Below are positions 9,946 to 18,477 of a DNA stretch of 64,000 bases, in pieces. How positions within the stretch are numbered: position 1 is the stretch's first letter; the number at the start of each line of letters is the position of its first letter. This stretch comes from Patescibacteria group bacterium (lineage in GTDB: Bacteria; Patescibacteriota; Patescibacteriia; JAXHNJ01): contig JBAZMP010000001.1 in assembly GCA_041649715.1 (NCBI GenBank), forward strand, positions 146,741 to 210,740. The letters run 5' to 3'. Below the pieces are notes generated by a model that was not told the DNA's origin, ran no database searches, and worked only from the letters and a program-made list of their open reading frames with translations. The position numbers and the translations under genes are program-made.

Positions 9946-10332
9946 CTATTTTGGGGGAATAATTTTTCGGCAATTTTTGCTGCCACACCGGCATAGAAAG
10001 GTAATCGGCGCCGTCTTAGCGGTGTAAAATGAAGTTATTTCCTCCCCCTTTTTAATATTTTTTGAGGCGACGTCGCACATATTTTTTACCCGCGTGTTCG
10101 CCTCGCAGGAGTGGTTTACATAGCGTTCCGGCGGCTGCATCAGAATATACCGGTTCTTTGATTTTCCCACTAGGTAATTTTTTTCGCCAGGTGGTAATTT
10201 GCTAGCCCGTGATTTTGTAATAATCCTTGGTTTTTTCCATTTAATAACTGTTTCGCCTTTTTTAAAATTCCGGCCGGCAAAAACCCCTCTACCGCAGATT
10301 TTTGATTTTTTTACGAAAATACTTTTAGGCAT
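9946..10332 (-). CDS. SET-domain protein (putative protein-lysine N-methyltransferase)
   Basis: GRGVFAGRNFKKGETV...RYVNHSCEANT...EITSFY...CRCGSKNCRK matches the SET core (GxG, NHSCxPN, post-SET Cys cluster). Preferred start is the ATG at 10332 (MPKSIFVKK...). Confidence 0.8.
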   Translation of the reverse strand: MPKSIFVKKSKICGRGVFAGRNFKKGETVIKWKKPRIITKSRASKLPPGEKNYLVGKSKNRYILMQPPERYVNHSCEANTRVKNMCDVASKNIKKGEEITSFYTAKTAPITFLCRCGSKNCRKIIPPK

Positions 10333-10591
10333 ATTATTTCTCAAGTATAACAAAAAACCGCCGTATTGGCGATTTTTTATAACCAGCAAATATTATTTAT
10401 GAAATTTCTTGGCCTTGGCTTCTAACATAAGCCTTTTTATTTCTAGCCTCTTTTTCGTTTTGTGGGAATGTGATCTTTGCCTTCGGCCCACCGCGTGCGC
10501 TCTTTTTGCCATAAAAAAATCGTTAATAATTATTATAAGCCATTCTAGCTGATTATATCAATAAAATCAATAGCTATGAATATTTATCAAA

Positions 10592-10620
10592 AACCATTCC
10601 CTTTGAGAATGATCTGCTTG
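10592..10620 (+). repeat. Degenerate copy of the tRNA-His terminator hairpin (about 29/33 identical to 18447-18475)
   Basis: aaaccattccctttgagaatgatctgcttg compared with aaaccattccttatgggaatgatttctgatg. The hairpin cattc...gaatg is preserved through compensatory changes. Confidence 0.6.
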
Positions 10621-10804
10621 AAATCCTAATTTCTAATGTCTAATTTCTAAACAAATTCGAAATTATAAATTCTAAACTTTTTGAAAATTGTCACCCTACG
10701 GGTGATTTCCCGCAGGGAGAGAATTTCGGATTTTGGATTTGCCTTCGTCGCCGCTCAGGCCGGCGGTTTGTGATTTGGTGCTTGGGATTTGGGATTTAAG
10801 TCGG

Positions 10805-10872
10805 TGGGGTGACTAGAGGTCCCGATACTTGCGTCGCTAACGCTTCCGGGTACGGGGTAAAGATTTGCACCT
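10805..10872 (+). repeat. Scrambled partial copy of the tRNA-His 3' half (att-like direct repeat)
   Basis: tggggtgactagagg (10805-10819) is identical to 18478-18492, the tRNA-His CCA end plus acceptor 3' strand. tcgctaacgcttcc and gatttgcacc (T-loop) are also shared with the tRNA, but re-ordered. Confidence 0.65.
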
Positions 10873-10956
10873 TTTTAAAAATACGTTTCCGGCGGTGACT
10901 ACCCTTGCTAAAATCACCTTGTTGTGTGATGATAGGCAATTGTTTATAATGTCCTT

Positions 10957-12897
10957 ATGGAATCCGAAAGACTACATCATGAACACGAAAGGGCGGAAAC
11001 CGCTCCTTTTACGCCTCCGGTTGTCGAGTTGTTTTTGGATCCGTCTCGGGCGGGCGAAGTCTGGCCGGAACATATCGCAGAAAATGAGGCTTTTAAGGTC
11101 CAAATAGAGACACGCCGGGAGCTGAACGAAAGGCTTGAGACTATTTTTTCACATCTGCCCCGGCCGGATATCTCGCTTCAAGAGGCGATCAAGCAAGGTG
11201 AGATCACGGAAAGCCAAGTGGCGGATCTCTTTGCTTCATTAAACCCTTTACTTGAAGATAAGGATTATCGACGGATCGCCCTTTACCTTCCTTTTGAATT
11301 TTTCCCCGAAAAAGGGAAACCCTATTCGGAAACGCTTCAGCCGGCCGCGGATCAATTTCAGAAGGCCTATATGTCGGCCTGGAAATCACTCCTTCATACC
11401 CATGATGTGCGCGCCAACTTCGTGGACGGCGATGTTCTTGAAACAGAATCCCGCGTTACCGATCTGCCGCGGGTGGTCAAGGCCGCGCATCTGATACCGA
11501 AACTGGTTAAGCATGGTTTTCTAAAAACGGGAGACGCGATTAAGCTGATGGAAACAAGCGACGATGAAATGCTTGAGGGAAGCATCGCGGACACGCTCCC
11601 TGTTTTAGCGGACATGGGATTTATCGGAGAAGCAGAACTTAAGCGGATGAAAGCCTCTGATGAGGCATCTGCCCGCGATATGGCTGAGCATATTATTGAG
11701 GAGAAAAATAGACCGGAAAAGAAAGAGGCGGAAGGAGTTGAAACGCCGGAAATAAAACTATCATCACTTCAAGGAAGGCTCCGCGATGAATTCGATGACA
11801 TTGAGGCCGAACAATATGACCACGTGACGGAAAAAAGGGCAAACTGGCTGAGACAAGAAAAAAAACGAAAAGCTATTGAATCCGCGGGCGACGCCATCCA
11901 GTCCGCGATTGCCGGCCGGACTGTCTCTTCCGAAACGGTCGCTCAATTTGTTTCTGCCGAAGCAAATGCTACCAGCCAACAAGCGCTGGTTAATGGTCTC
12001 CGAAAAACGATTGAATCCGCGCCGCCGGAAGAAGCGAATAACATTTACAAACAATATCAGGACACTTTATTATCTCTCTGGAAAAATGAGACGCCTGAAC
12101 TTCAGGCCGAGCTGGCAAAAACTTTCTGTCGGCTGAACAAACTTGGCGTGGTGGAGGATGAGCAGCTGGCCGCCCTCGGCCTTAAGATACCCGAACTGGC
12201 CGGCCCGTTCTCAAAAAATTTAGAGACCATGAAAGAAGAAATGCATGAGGTAAGAGATATCGCCGTGGCCATAGAATCAGATCCGGAGCTGTCAAAAAAG
12301 ATTTATCCCGTGGTTTCCGTTTTCGGTTCCCGGCTCAAAGGCTACGGAGACAAGAATGCCGATATTGATGTCGGGGTGTTTGTCCGGCCGGAGACATCGA
12401 TAAGCGAGCGGGAGACTCTTACAGCTTCAATCAAACAACTTTTCACTCATGAAAAGATACAGGGAAAAGTCGTGGAATTCTGGTTGGAAGAAACTAAAGA
12501 TGGTCTCGCTGTCCGTGACTTCGGCAAGCCCGATGTGACGCTAGGCGAAAGTTATTGGACGCATGTCCTCTTTGGCGCCGCGTCAGAAGGGAACAAAAGC
12601 GCGATCCGCGAACTGCGCGAAAAACTTCTTGTTCCCTATATGAATGACCAGAAAAAAGCCATCCATGGCCGAGAGGCGCGGGGACTCTATCTTGAAGAGA
12701 TGGAACGGGATACACTGCAATATCGGCTGATGCACAAGGGTTATGAACAATTCAATCCTTCTTTTGGCGGCATAAAGACACCCCACGCCGATCTGATCGA
12801 TGGCCAAAGCGCTTTCTGGGATTCAGGCTACCGTCAGACCGCCACCAAATTGTTCGCCAGCCGGGTTTTTATCCCGAAGATTTCTCATACAAAATAA
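10957..12897 (+). CDS. Large protein with a C-terminal Pol-beta-type nucleotidyltransferase domain
   Basis: Residues ~450-470 read VVSVFGSRLKGYGDKNADIDVGVFV, matching hG[GS]x9-13DhDh. Further acidic residues follow (VEFWLEETKDG). The N-terminal ~430 aa have no recognisable motif. Confidence 0.65.
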   Translation: MESERLHHEHERAETAPFTPPVVELFLDPSRAGEVWPEHIAENEAFKVQIETRRELNERLETIFSHLPRPDISLQEAIKQGEITESQVADLFASLNPLLEDKDYRRIALYLPFEFFPEKGKPYSETLQPAADQFQKAYMSAWKSLLHTHDVRANFVDGDVLETESRVTDLPRVVKAAHLIPKLVKHGFLKTGDAIKLMETSDDEMLEGSIADTLPVLADMGFIGEAELKRMKASDEASARDMAEHIIEEKNRPEKKEAEGVETPEIKLSSLQGRLRDEFDDIEAEQYDHVTEKRANWLRQEKKRKAIESAGDAIQSAIAGRTVSSETVAQFVSAEANATSQQALVNGLRKTIESAPPEEANNIYKQYQDTLLSLWKNETPELQAELAKTFCRLNKLGVVEDEQLAALGLKIPELAGPFSKNLETMKEEMHEVRDIAVAIESDPELSKKIYPVVSVFGSRLKGYGDKNADIDVGVFVRPETSISERETLTASIKQLFTHEKIQGKVVEFWLEETKDGLAVRDFGKPDVTLGESYWTHVLFGAASEGNKSAIRELREKLLVPYMNDQKKAIHGREARGLYLEEMERDTLQYRLMHKGYEQFNPSFGGIKTPHADLIDGQSAFWDSGYRQTATKLFASRVFIPKISHTK

Positions 12898-12950
12898 AAA
12901 AATACATTAAAGTATGCCCTTTCGTTAAAGCGGGTATCTTTTGCGTATAA

Positions 12951-12988
12951 AAAAAGGGGCCAGACAACAGAGTGTCTGGCCCGGCCCA
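12951..12988. terminator. Bidirectional terminator hairpin between convergent genes
   Basis: aaaaaaGGGGCCAGACAacagagtGTCTGGCCCGGCCC forms a perfect 9-bp stem (ggccagaca/tgtctggcc). It lies between the stops at 12897 (+) and 13015 (-). Confidence 0.55.
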
Positions 12989-13014
12989 CAAAGTGGGGAA
13001 AGAACGTGAATTGA

Positions 13015-14220
13015 TCAGAGTTTGCGGCCGCCGATACCGGAGAGCCGACCGCCACGGGTTCCGCCAAGCGAATCCCAGGGAATCTGGGACCCGAGCATGA
13101 ACAGCGTACCGAAGTACTGCAGCTCTTCGTTGCCGGCCGGCTGGTCCTTCACCTGCATGACCGCCAGTACGAACCGGGTGAGGTTCGTTTCCAGCCGCGG
13201 GTAGGTGGCGGAAACCGCCACGTTCAGCTGCCGGAGCATCTGGTCGCGGTTAGCTGCCCCGATCAAGGACGGCAGACGGGGATTCTCCAGCGTCTCCTTG
13301 ATCTTGGTCGCGTCGTAGGCGACGGCGGCCGTGATCTGGACTCCGGTTCCTGCGAATACGCGGTTGACGGCGTCGGCCACGGCGTCGGCGTGATCGCGAA
13401 GCACGCCGGTGTCCGGAGGCTGCATCATACCCGGAGGCATGACGCCGGCGCTGCCGGAAGCCGCCATGATCGCACTCATCATCATCGCCGGATTGGCCGC
13501 CCCCTGCATCCAGGCTTCCTGCCAGGACTTGAGCTGGTCGTAGAAGCTGATGATCGCCGGCCACAGGTGCTCGTCGATTCGCGCGAAGAGCTTTTCCTTG
13601 CGCCCCTCGGTGACATACGAGCCGTCGAAACCAGGGATGGCTTCGAAGATCTCGGCGTAGGAACGCCTGGTCATTTGTTTCCGGAGTTTGAAGAACTCCT
13701 GATCGACTTGTTCGTCGTTCTCATCCGCGAACTTCTCCATCAGTTTCACGAGACCCTCCGGAATACTGAAGAGGCCGGCCCGGTGCGCGAGGGCCGCCCG
13801 GATCGCGGAAATGACGGTCGACTGCTCGACCTTGAGCACGCCGCCTGCCCGAAGCGCTTCCAGCCAGGAGGCGTCACTCGGGACCGACGGAAGGATGTCG
13901 AACGACATGGGGCTCATGGCGCTGGCCGCCGCCGCGGGTTCGGCCGGAGCGAGTGCCTTCAGCAGGTTTCTGGCCGGTATCTTCTTCATTCCGATGCCGA
14001 CCAGGTCTCCTTCGGTGAGGCCGGACAGATCGGCGAGCGTCTCGGCGCCGATTTCCGACTTGATCTTGGTGATCATCTCGTCGTTGACGCCCAGCTCGGC
14101 CAGCTTTGCCCCCACGGGATCAACCGTGGTGGCTGGACCTGTGTCGGCGGCCGCCGAGGCCGAAGCTTCGGCCGTTCCATCGACTGCGGGATCTTTCTTG
14201 TCCTTGTCGTCTCCGTTCAT
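13015..14220 (-). CDS. Hypothetical protein (GC-rich island gene 1): acidic/Ala-rich N-terminus and an HhH/SAP-like segment
   Basis: 401-aa ORF with strong GC skew relative to the flanks. LAELGVNDEMITKIKSEIGAETLADLSGLTEGDL resembles helix-hairpin-helix/Rho-N-like motifs. The rest has no recognisable family. Confidence 0.6.
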   Translation of the reverse strand: MNGDDKDKKDPAVDGTAEASASAAADTGPATTVDPVGAKLAELGVNDEMITKIKSEIGAETLADLSGLTEGDLVGIGMKKIPARNLLKALAPAEPAAAASAMSPMSFDILPSVPSDASWLEALRAGGVLKVEQSTVISAIRAALAHRAGLFSIPEGLVKLMEKFADENDEQVDQEFFKLRKQMTRRSYAEIFEAIPGFDGSYVTEGRKEKLFARIDEHLWPAIISFYDQLKSWQEAWMQGAANPAMMMSAIMAASGSAGVMPPGMMQPPDTGVLRDHADAVADAVNRVFAGTGVQITAAVAYDATKIKETLENPRLPSLIGAANRDQMLRQLNVAVSATYPRLETNLTRFVLAVMQVKDQPAGNEELQYFGTLFMLGSQIPWDSLGGTRGGRLSGIGGRKL

Positions 14221-14236
14221 CGATATCTCCTTTCAA

Positions 14237-15622
14237 CTACTGGAAGAGTTTGTCTCGCTCGGTCGGTCCGAACGAGACCAGGCGAACCGGAACTCCAACT
14301 CTCTCATTCAGAACGCCGGCACAAAGCGCGAATAAGTCTTCTCGCTTGGCGCCGGGTGAAAGGCCGTAGGTTGTAATCTCGGGCGTGCAGACTTGAAGTT
14401 GCTCCCCGAGGGCTTCTTGATAGGCAAGTTGTTTTGCATCGTCTCCGTATCGGACTATCAGGTTGCCAGAGGGTGAAAAGAAAGTCCGATCATCAACGTT
14501 GCGGTAACGATCGCACAGGAGCCAGGCGCCGTTGGTCTGAATTTGGTCAAACCACGTGATCGCTAGGCCATTAAACGCGGTCGGACCGCCGCAGACTTCG
14601 ATTGCATAACGAAGCAATGTCAGGTCAAGCGGACCGACACGCACTTTTCCCTGGTAGCGGTTTTTCTCCTTGTGACTGCCAGGGAGAAGATTTTCAGCCA
14701 TGGCCGGATCGAAGGTTGGCATCGGGCCGGCTCCATGACGGATCTGATAGGCTCGGGTTACCCCGAGGTTGATGACTGTTCCGCTGTAGCCGGCGTCTTT
14801 CAGCATCGCCTGCGTAAAACGCGGCAATATCCGAATGGCGCTGGTATGCGGATGGAAACCGTGGAAGCAATCGTTGAGTACTCCATGCGAGCTTTCCACA
14901 ATAACCACGCCGTCTCGGGAAAGAATTTCTCTTCCCAAGAATTCGTGGTCAACGATGGTCAGCCGTCGATTGGCTTCTTGAAGTCGCCTTAAGACGTAGT
15001 TAAGGAAATCGTCGTCGTGCAGACGTTCGATTTCTTTGGCCGCCGTCTCGCGATCCTCCGGGAGAAATTCTCCGGGAAAGACCGTGGCGAGATCTTGAAG
15101 TATCTGTTCTCGAATGGCAACCAGTTTCTCGCGCAGATCGGGCCGCTTCAGATCGCGAACGAAAAGCGCAAGTTGAGGAAATCGTTGGGCCCCACGATAA
15201 GCTTCGCCAACGCCGGTGCCGATCGTACCCCGAGGATTGTTTCTTCTCGCCATTTCTTTCAGGCGCGAAGCGATTCCGTGATACGGCGTGGCACACAGTG
15301 CTTCTTCATCCACGGTTAATAGACTAAAGGGGTCGTGAATGCCGCCGGTGTAACGGAGAGCGTCGGCTTCGTTGAGCAAGCCTTCCGGTGAAACCACCAT
15401 CCGGGACGAAATATGCGTCTTCGTCCCTTCAAATGTGCCACACCCCCACTGGCTGAACGCGAAGCGTTCGCCTCTGGAAGTTGCGACTCCGTGGCTGCCC
15501 TGGGCGCCGCCGACTTTAACGATCGTGTGCGGCTTCATCCTTGTCGAGATAGCGTGTACCACGCCACCTTTACCACCATCACCCGGACCGAGATCGGTGA
15601 CGGTGTAGACTTTTTTGGTCAT
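14237..15622 (-). CDS. Adenylosuccinate synthetase family protein (divergent PurA/PurZ-like)
   Basis: Start [23 protein letters not shown] matches the PurA P-loop [20 protein letters not shown] corresponds to [19 protein letters not shown] corresponds to [26 protein letters not shown] corresponds to [38 protein letters not shown] corresponds to TRVGAGPFPTE. The ORF-track start at 15865 is a non-homologous N-terminal extension that overlaps the upstream gene. The ATG at 15622 has an RBS. Confidence 0.8.
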   Translation of the reverse strand: [461 protein letters not shown]

Positions 15623-15665
15623 AGTCACCTTTTTCGGTTTTAGGGTGATAGGCGGAAAAAACGGC

Positions 15666-16784
15666 TTAGAGCCATTCTCCCGTTTTCTCTTCGGGATTGT
15701 CTCCCGCGGGCTTTTCTTTTCCGATCTCTTTCGGATCGACCGGCCAGAGGTCGGTCTTTTCCCGGAAGAGGTCGCCTTTGACGGGACGCTTGGAAAAGTT
15801 CGGCAGCGCCGCCTGGGCCCCGATGGGGATGTTGGCGACGGAGCGAGCGATTTTCGCGACGTCATCCTTGTCGACGTTGTGCTCTTTGAGGAAGGCGGCT
15901 ACCTCTTTGAGGCTCAGCGTTCCTTCCGTCAGCCCGATGATCGTCGCCTGCACCTGCGGCAAAAGCTCGGTGCTGGGCAGGACGACCACGCGCTCACGGC
16001 CGAAAATCTTGGTCCAGTATTGGGTGGTGCGAGATCGTTCTTCCACCTGAAGGAAAAAGGCATGCGCCCGAGTCAGGAGATCTTGTACCATCTCTTTCGT
16101 TGTCGGGAGAGACCTGATATCGAGCTGATAGCTGTTTTCCTTCACCTTTTCGAAGACTTCGTCCCCGAAAATCCGGCGGAGCTGGCGTTCATCGAGCCCA
16201 TCGTGCGCCGTGGCGTCCGAGACCGTGAAATCATAGCCTTTCAGTCCGAGGGCGCAGATGTGCGCCGCGGTCAGATAAGCGGCGCCGAAAAGTCCGTAGT
16301 GCGGATCTTCCGGTTCGTCGCCGCCGTCCCGTTCCGGCACCATCAGGGTGAGCTGTTCGACGATTTTCTCGGCGACCATCTCAAACTGCGGCCGGCAGAG
16401 CACGAATAGGTCGGTGACGTCGGCGAAGATCCCGGTGGCGATCTGAAGATCGTAGCCGGGCAAAACAAGGCTGCTTAGCTCGTGGGCTTTGGGCAGGACA
16501 CGGAGGGCGATATCTACGTTGTTACCCATGCTGCCCGTGGTGTCGACCCGGGTTTCGATAGGTATTGGCGTGCCGACTGTCAGTTCCCAAAGGCCATCCT
16601 CTCGTTTCTCAAGCCGGGGCAGGGATCGGCGGATGACGCCGAATCCTTTGGGATCGACGAGCGGATTAAGCTCGCCGGTCTCCCGCGCTTTCTGCTCGGC
16701 CCGAGCGGTGGCCGGACCTTTTTCCGGCGCGAAATGCCGAACCGATTTTGCAAAAGCATCTCGTGAAAAAGTGTCATGTCCCAT
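15666..16784 (-). CDS. Hypothetical protein, possibly vWA-like (DTTGSMG MIDAS-like motif)
   Basis: ETRVDTTGSMGNNVDIALRVL fits the vWA DxSGSM beta1 motif, with downstream Thr and Asp candidates (TGIFADVTD). The GC-rich codon usage is like that of the neighbouring island genes. Confidence 0.5.
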   Translation of the reverse strand: MGHDTFSRDAFAKSVRHFAPEKGPATARAEQKARETGELNPLVDPKGFGVIRRSLPRLEKREDGLWELTVGTPIPIETRVDTTGSMGNNVDIALRVLPKAHELSSLVLPGYDLQIATGIFADVTDLFVLCRPQFEMVAEKIVEQLTLMVPERDGGDEPEDPHYGLFGAAYLTAAHICALGLKGYDFTVSDATAHDGLDERQLRRIFGDEVFEKVKENSYQLDIRSLPTTKEMVQDLLTRAHAFFLQVEERSRTTQYWTKIFGRERVVVLPSTELLPQVQATIIGLTEGTLSLKEVAAFLKEHNVDKDDVAKIARSVANIPIGAQAALPNFSKRPVKGDLFREKTDLWPVDPKEIGKEKPAGDNPEEKTGEWL

Positions 16785-16802
16785 GCAACGCTCCTTTCTC
16801 GT

Positions 16803-17615
16803 TTAGGAATTCAACGGAAACGACGTGAACGGGTAAAACTCCCGCCGCCAGAGCCCGTCGATGAGCTCGTAGAATTTAGCGTGAGCCCGTTTTGCTTCGC
16901 GCAGATTTTCGTCCGCCAGATCCAGAAGAAAAGCGGTATATTCATTATTGTCCGGGAAAAGTCTTCTTTCGAGATCACCTCCTAGCAACGTAATAATCGC
17001 TTTCGCGACCTGCGAAATTTCGGTACCGGCTATCTCGGCCGGCACGTTTTCCGGATACAGGTGCGCTTTCGACCAGTCGTAGAACACCACGTAGTGTTGG
17101 TCCGGCTCGATCAGAATATTCGCGTCATCCAGGCGCCCGACGGCGATCCCCTGGCTGTGCGCGAACACCAGGAGTTTCAAACTCTTTCCCAGTATCCACG
17201 CGCTGGTCCGCAAGTCTACTCGGCGCCGATCGCGAACCGTGATGTTGCGTAACGGCACCATCTTGGTTACATCCTCGATTTTTCTGAAGGCGAGGATGTT
17301 GATCCAGCGCCCGCCCTGCGGCTGGCATGAGAAACTGTCTACCAGCTCAGGGAATCCCAGGCCATAATTCAGAAGAACTTTCGGATCCGTCCGCACTTTT
17401 TCATACTCCGCTTCAAGCTCATCCGCCAGGCGTTTAAGCTCTTGCAGAAGGTATGAAGAGCGGCTTAGCGGGCCGTTTTGGCTCGTTTCAGCCGCGATTT
17501 GGAGCAGGCACCGGCGTCCCGTCTTTTCCTGTTTGCACAGGTAGAGTCGGTACTCGCCGGCATCCGCCACTTGGTCGCCAACGACATAGTTGTCTAACAT
17601 TCCTTCAACAATCAT
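16803..17615 (-). CDS. Atypical protein-kinase-like fold protein (Kdo/RIO-like catalytic-loop resemblance; possibly pseudokinase)
   Basis: The N-lobe-like segment is GEYRLYLCKQ...RRCLLQIAAE. FAHSQGIAVGRLDDANILIEPD...VVFYDWSKA resembles HxDLxxxNILh plus DFG-like motifs. GGGGG RBS before the ATG at 17615. Confidence 0.45.
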   Translation of the reverse strand: MIVEGMLDNYVVGDQVADAGEYRLYLCKQEKTGRRCLLQIAAETSQNGPLSRSSYLLQELKRLADELEAEYEKVRTDPKVLLNYGLGFPELVDSFSCQPQGGRWINILAFRKIEDVTKMVPLRNITVRDRRRVDLRTSAWILGKSLKLLVFAHSQGIAVGRLDDANILIEPDQHYVVFYDWSKAHLYPENVPAEIAGTEISQVAKAIITLLGGDLERRLFPDNNEYTAFLLDLADENLREAKRAHAKFYELIDGLWRREFYPFTSFPLNS

Positions 17616-17961
17616 AGATTATCCCCCTTTCAACGGGTTGGTGGCAAAACCGAAATAAATAAAACTACTAATCAATTTGTCAAAGTACCTCCTTTTATCC
17701 CCAAATTATGGATTAAGGAGATGAATCAATGTAACATATTTATGAAAAATGTCAAGGGTTTCTAAGATTACATAAAAATAACATCAAAAACACAAAAACT
17801 CGTTCTTTAGAACATGCTTATGTGTTTGGGGTTCCGACCGTACGCTTTTTTTAACTAATTTTATGGCGGTAATAAGGGATAAACAGTATTTTCGGGTAGC
17901 CATTAAACATCTACAGATGATACAGGCGTGTTACTGGTGGGCCGCGGCTGGAAGTCTGTTT

Positions 17962-18414
17962 TTAATAATTATTTGTCTGCGATTTGAAAGAATGGGTGCG
18001 GATATTTACAATTATTTGAATGATAAATAGGGCAAGTATAATAATTCCTCCTGTTTGAAAATAGTATTTCCAGACCATAACCACAAAACCATAATTCATG
18101 GCATAGTATAGGGCCAAATAGGGTATGGCCGGCCGCCAATACTTTTTCATATTCTCACGGAAAGGAATCTTTAAAATATAGTCGTACAAAAATTCCAGAA
18201 TTAAGAAGGCTAAAAATATCCCCAAGAATATACTGTAGCGAACCGTTTTTTGTTCCTGGTGCACTAAAAAAATTCCATAAACAGCCGGAATTGCCAAAAG
18301 AAAATAAAACTTGCCCACTCGTTGCAAAATGGACATTTTTTTCCGGATTAAAAAAATGTAAATTAAGAATAGATTATTTAGAATTCCGAGCCCGAAAAAT
18401 AATTTTTCTAACAT
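17962..18414 (-). CDS. Polytopic membrane protein (hypothetical)
   Basis: 150 aa containing 4-5 hydrophobic helices. Confidence 0.55.
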   Translation of the reverse strand: MLEKLFFGLGILNNLFLIYIFLIRKKMSILQRVGKFYFLLAIPAVYGIFLVHQEQKTVRYSIFLGIFLAFLILEFLYDYILKIPFRENMKKYWRPAIPYLALYYAMNYGFVVMVWKYYFQTGGIIILALFIIQIIVNIRTHSFKSQTNNY

Positions 18415-18446
18415 AAATTATAGTTTAATCTTAATACAAGTATACC

Positions 18447-18475
18447 AAAAACCATTCCTTATGGGAATGATTTCT
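18447..18475 (-). terminator. Rho-independent terminator of tRNA-His
   Basis: Immediately 3' of the tRNA on the minus strand: CAUUCC-CAUAA-GGAAUG followed by GUUUUUG. Confidence 0.6.
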
Positions 18476-18477
18476 GA

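Noticed and set aside
15601-15665. Apparent frame inconsistency at an A-homopolymer (I count 7 A around 15655-15661; the ORF-track translations on both strands imply 6)
   Set aside because: Most likely my own counting error in a homopolymer. I used ORF-track frames for CDS coordinates, and the PurA-like start at 15622 relies on that frame. If 7 A is real, the upstream extension of the ORF-track frame is interrupted, which only strengthens the choice of the 15622 start.
13250-16409. Many long + strand ORFs (13390..14376, 13811..14335, 15615..16409, 15697..16050) and minus-strand ORFs (13250..13564, 15000..15296) inside the GC-rich island
   Set aside because: High-GC DNA generates long stop-free shadow frames. 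They overlap the coherent chain of minus-strand genes, which have RBSs and homology (PurA-like).
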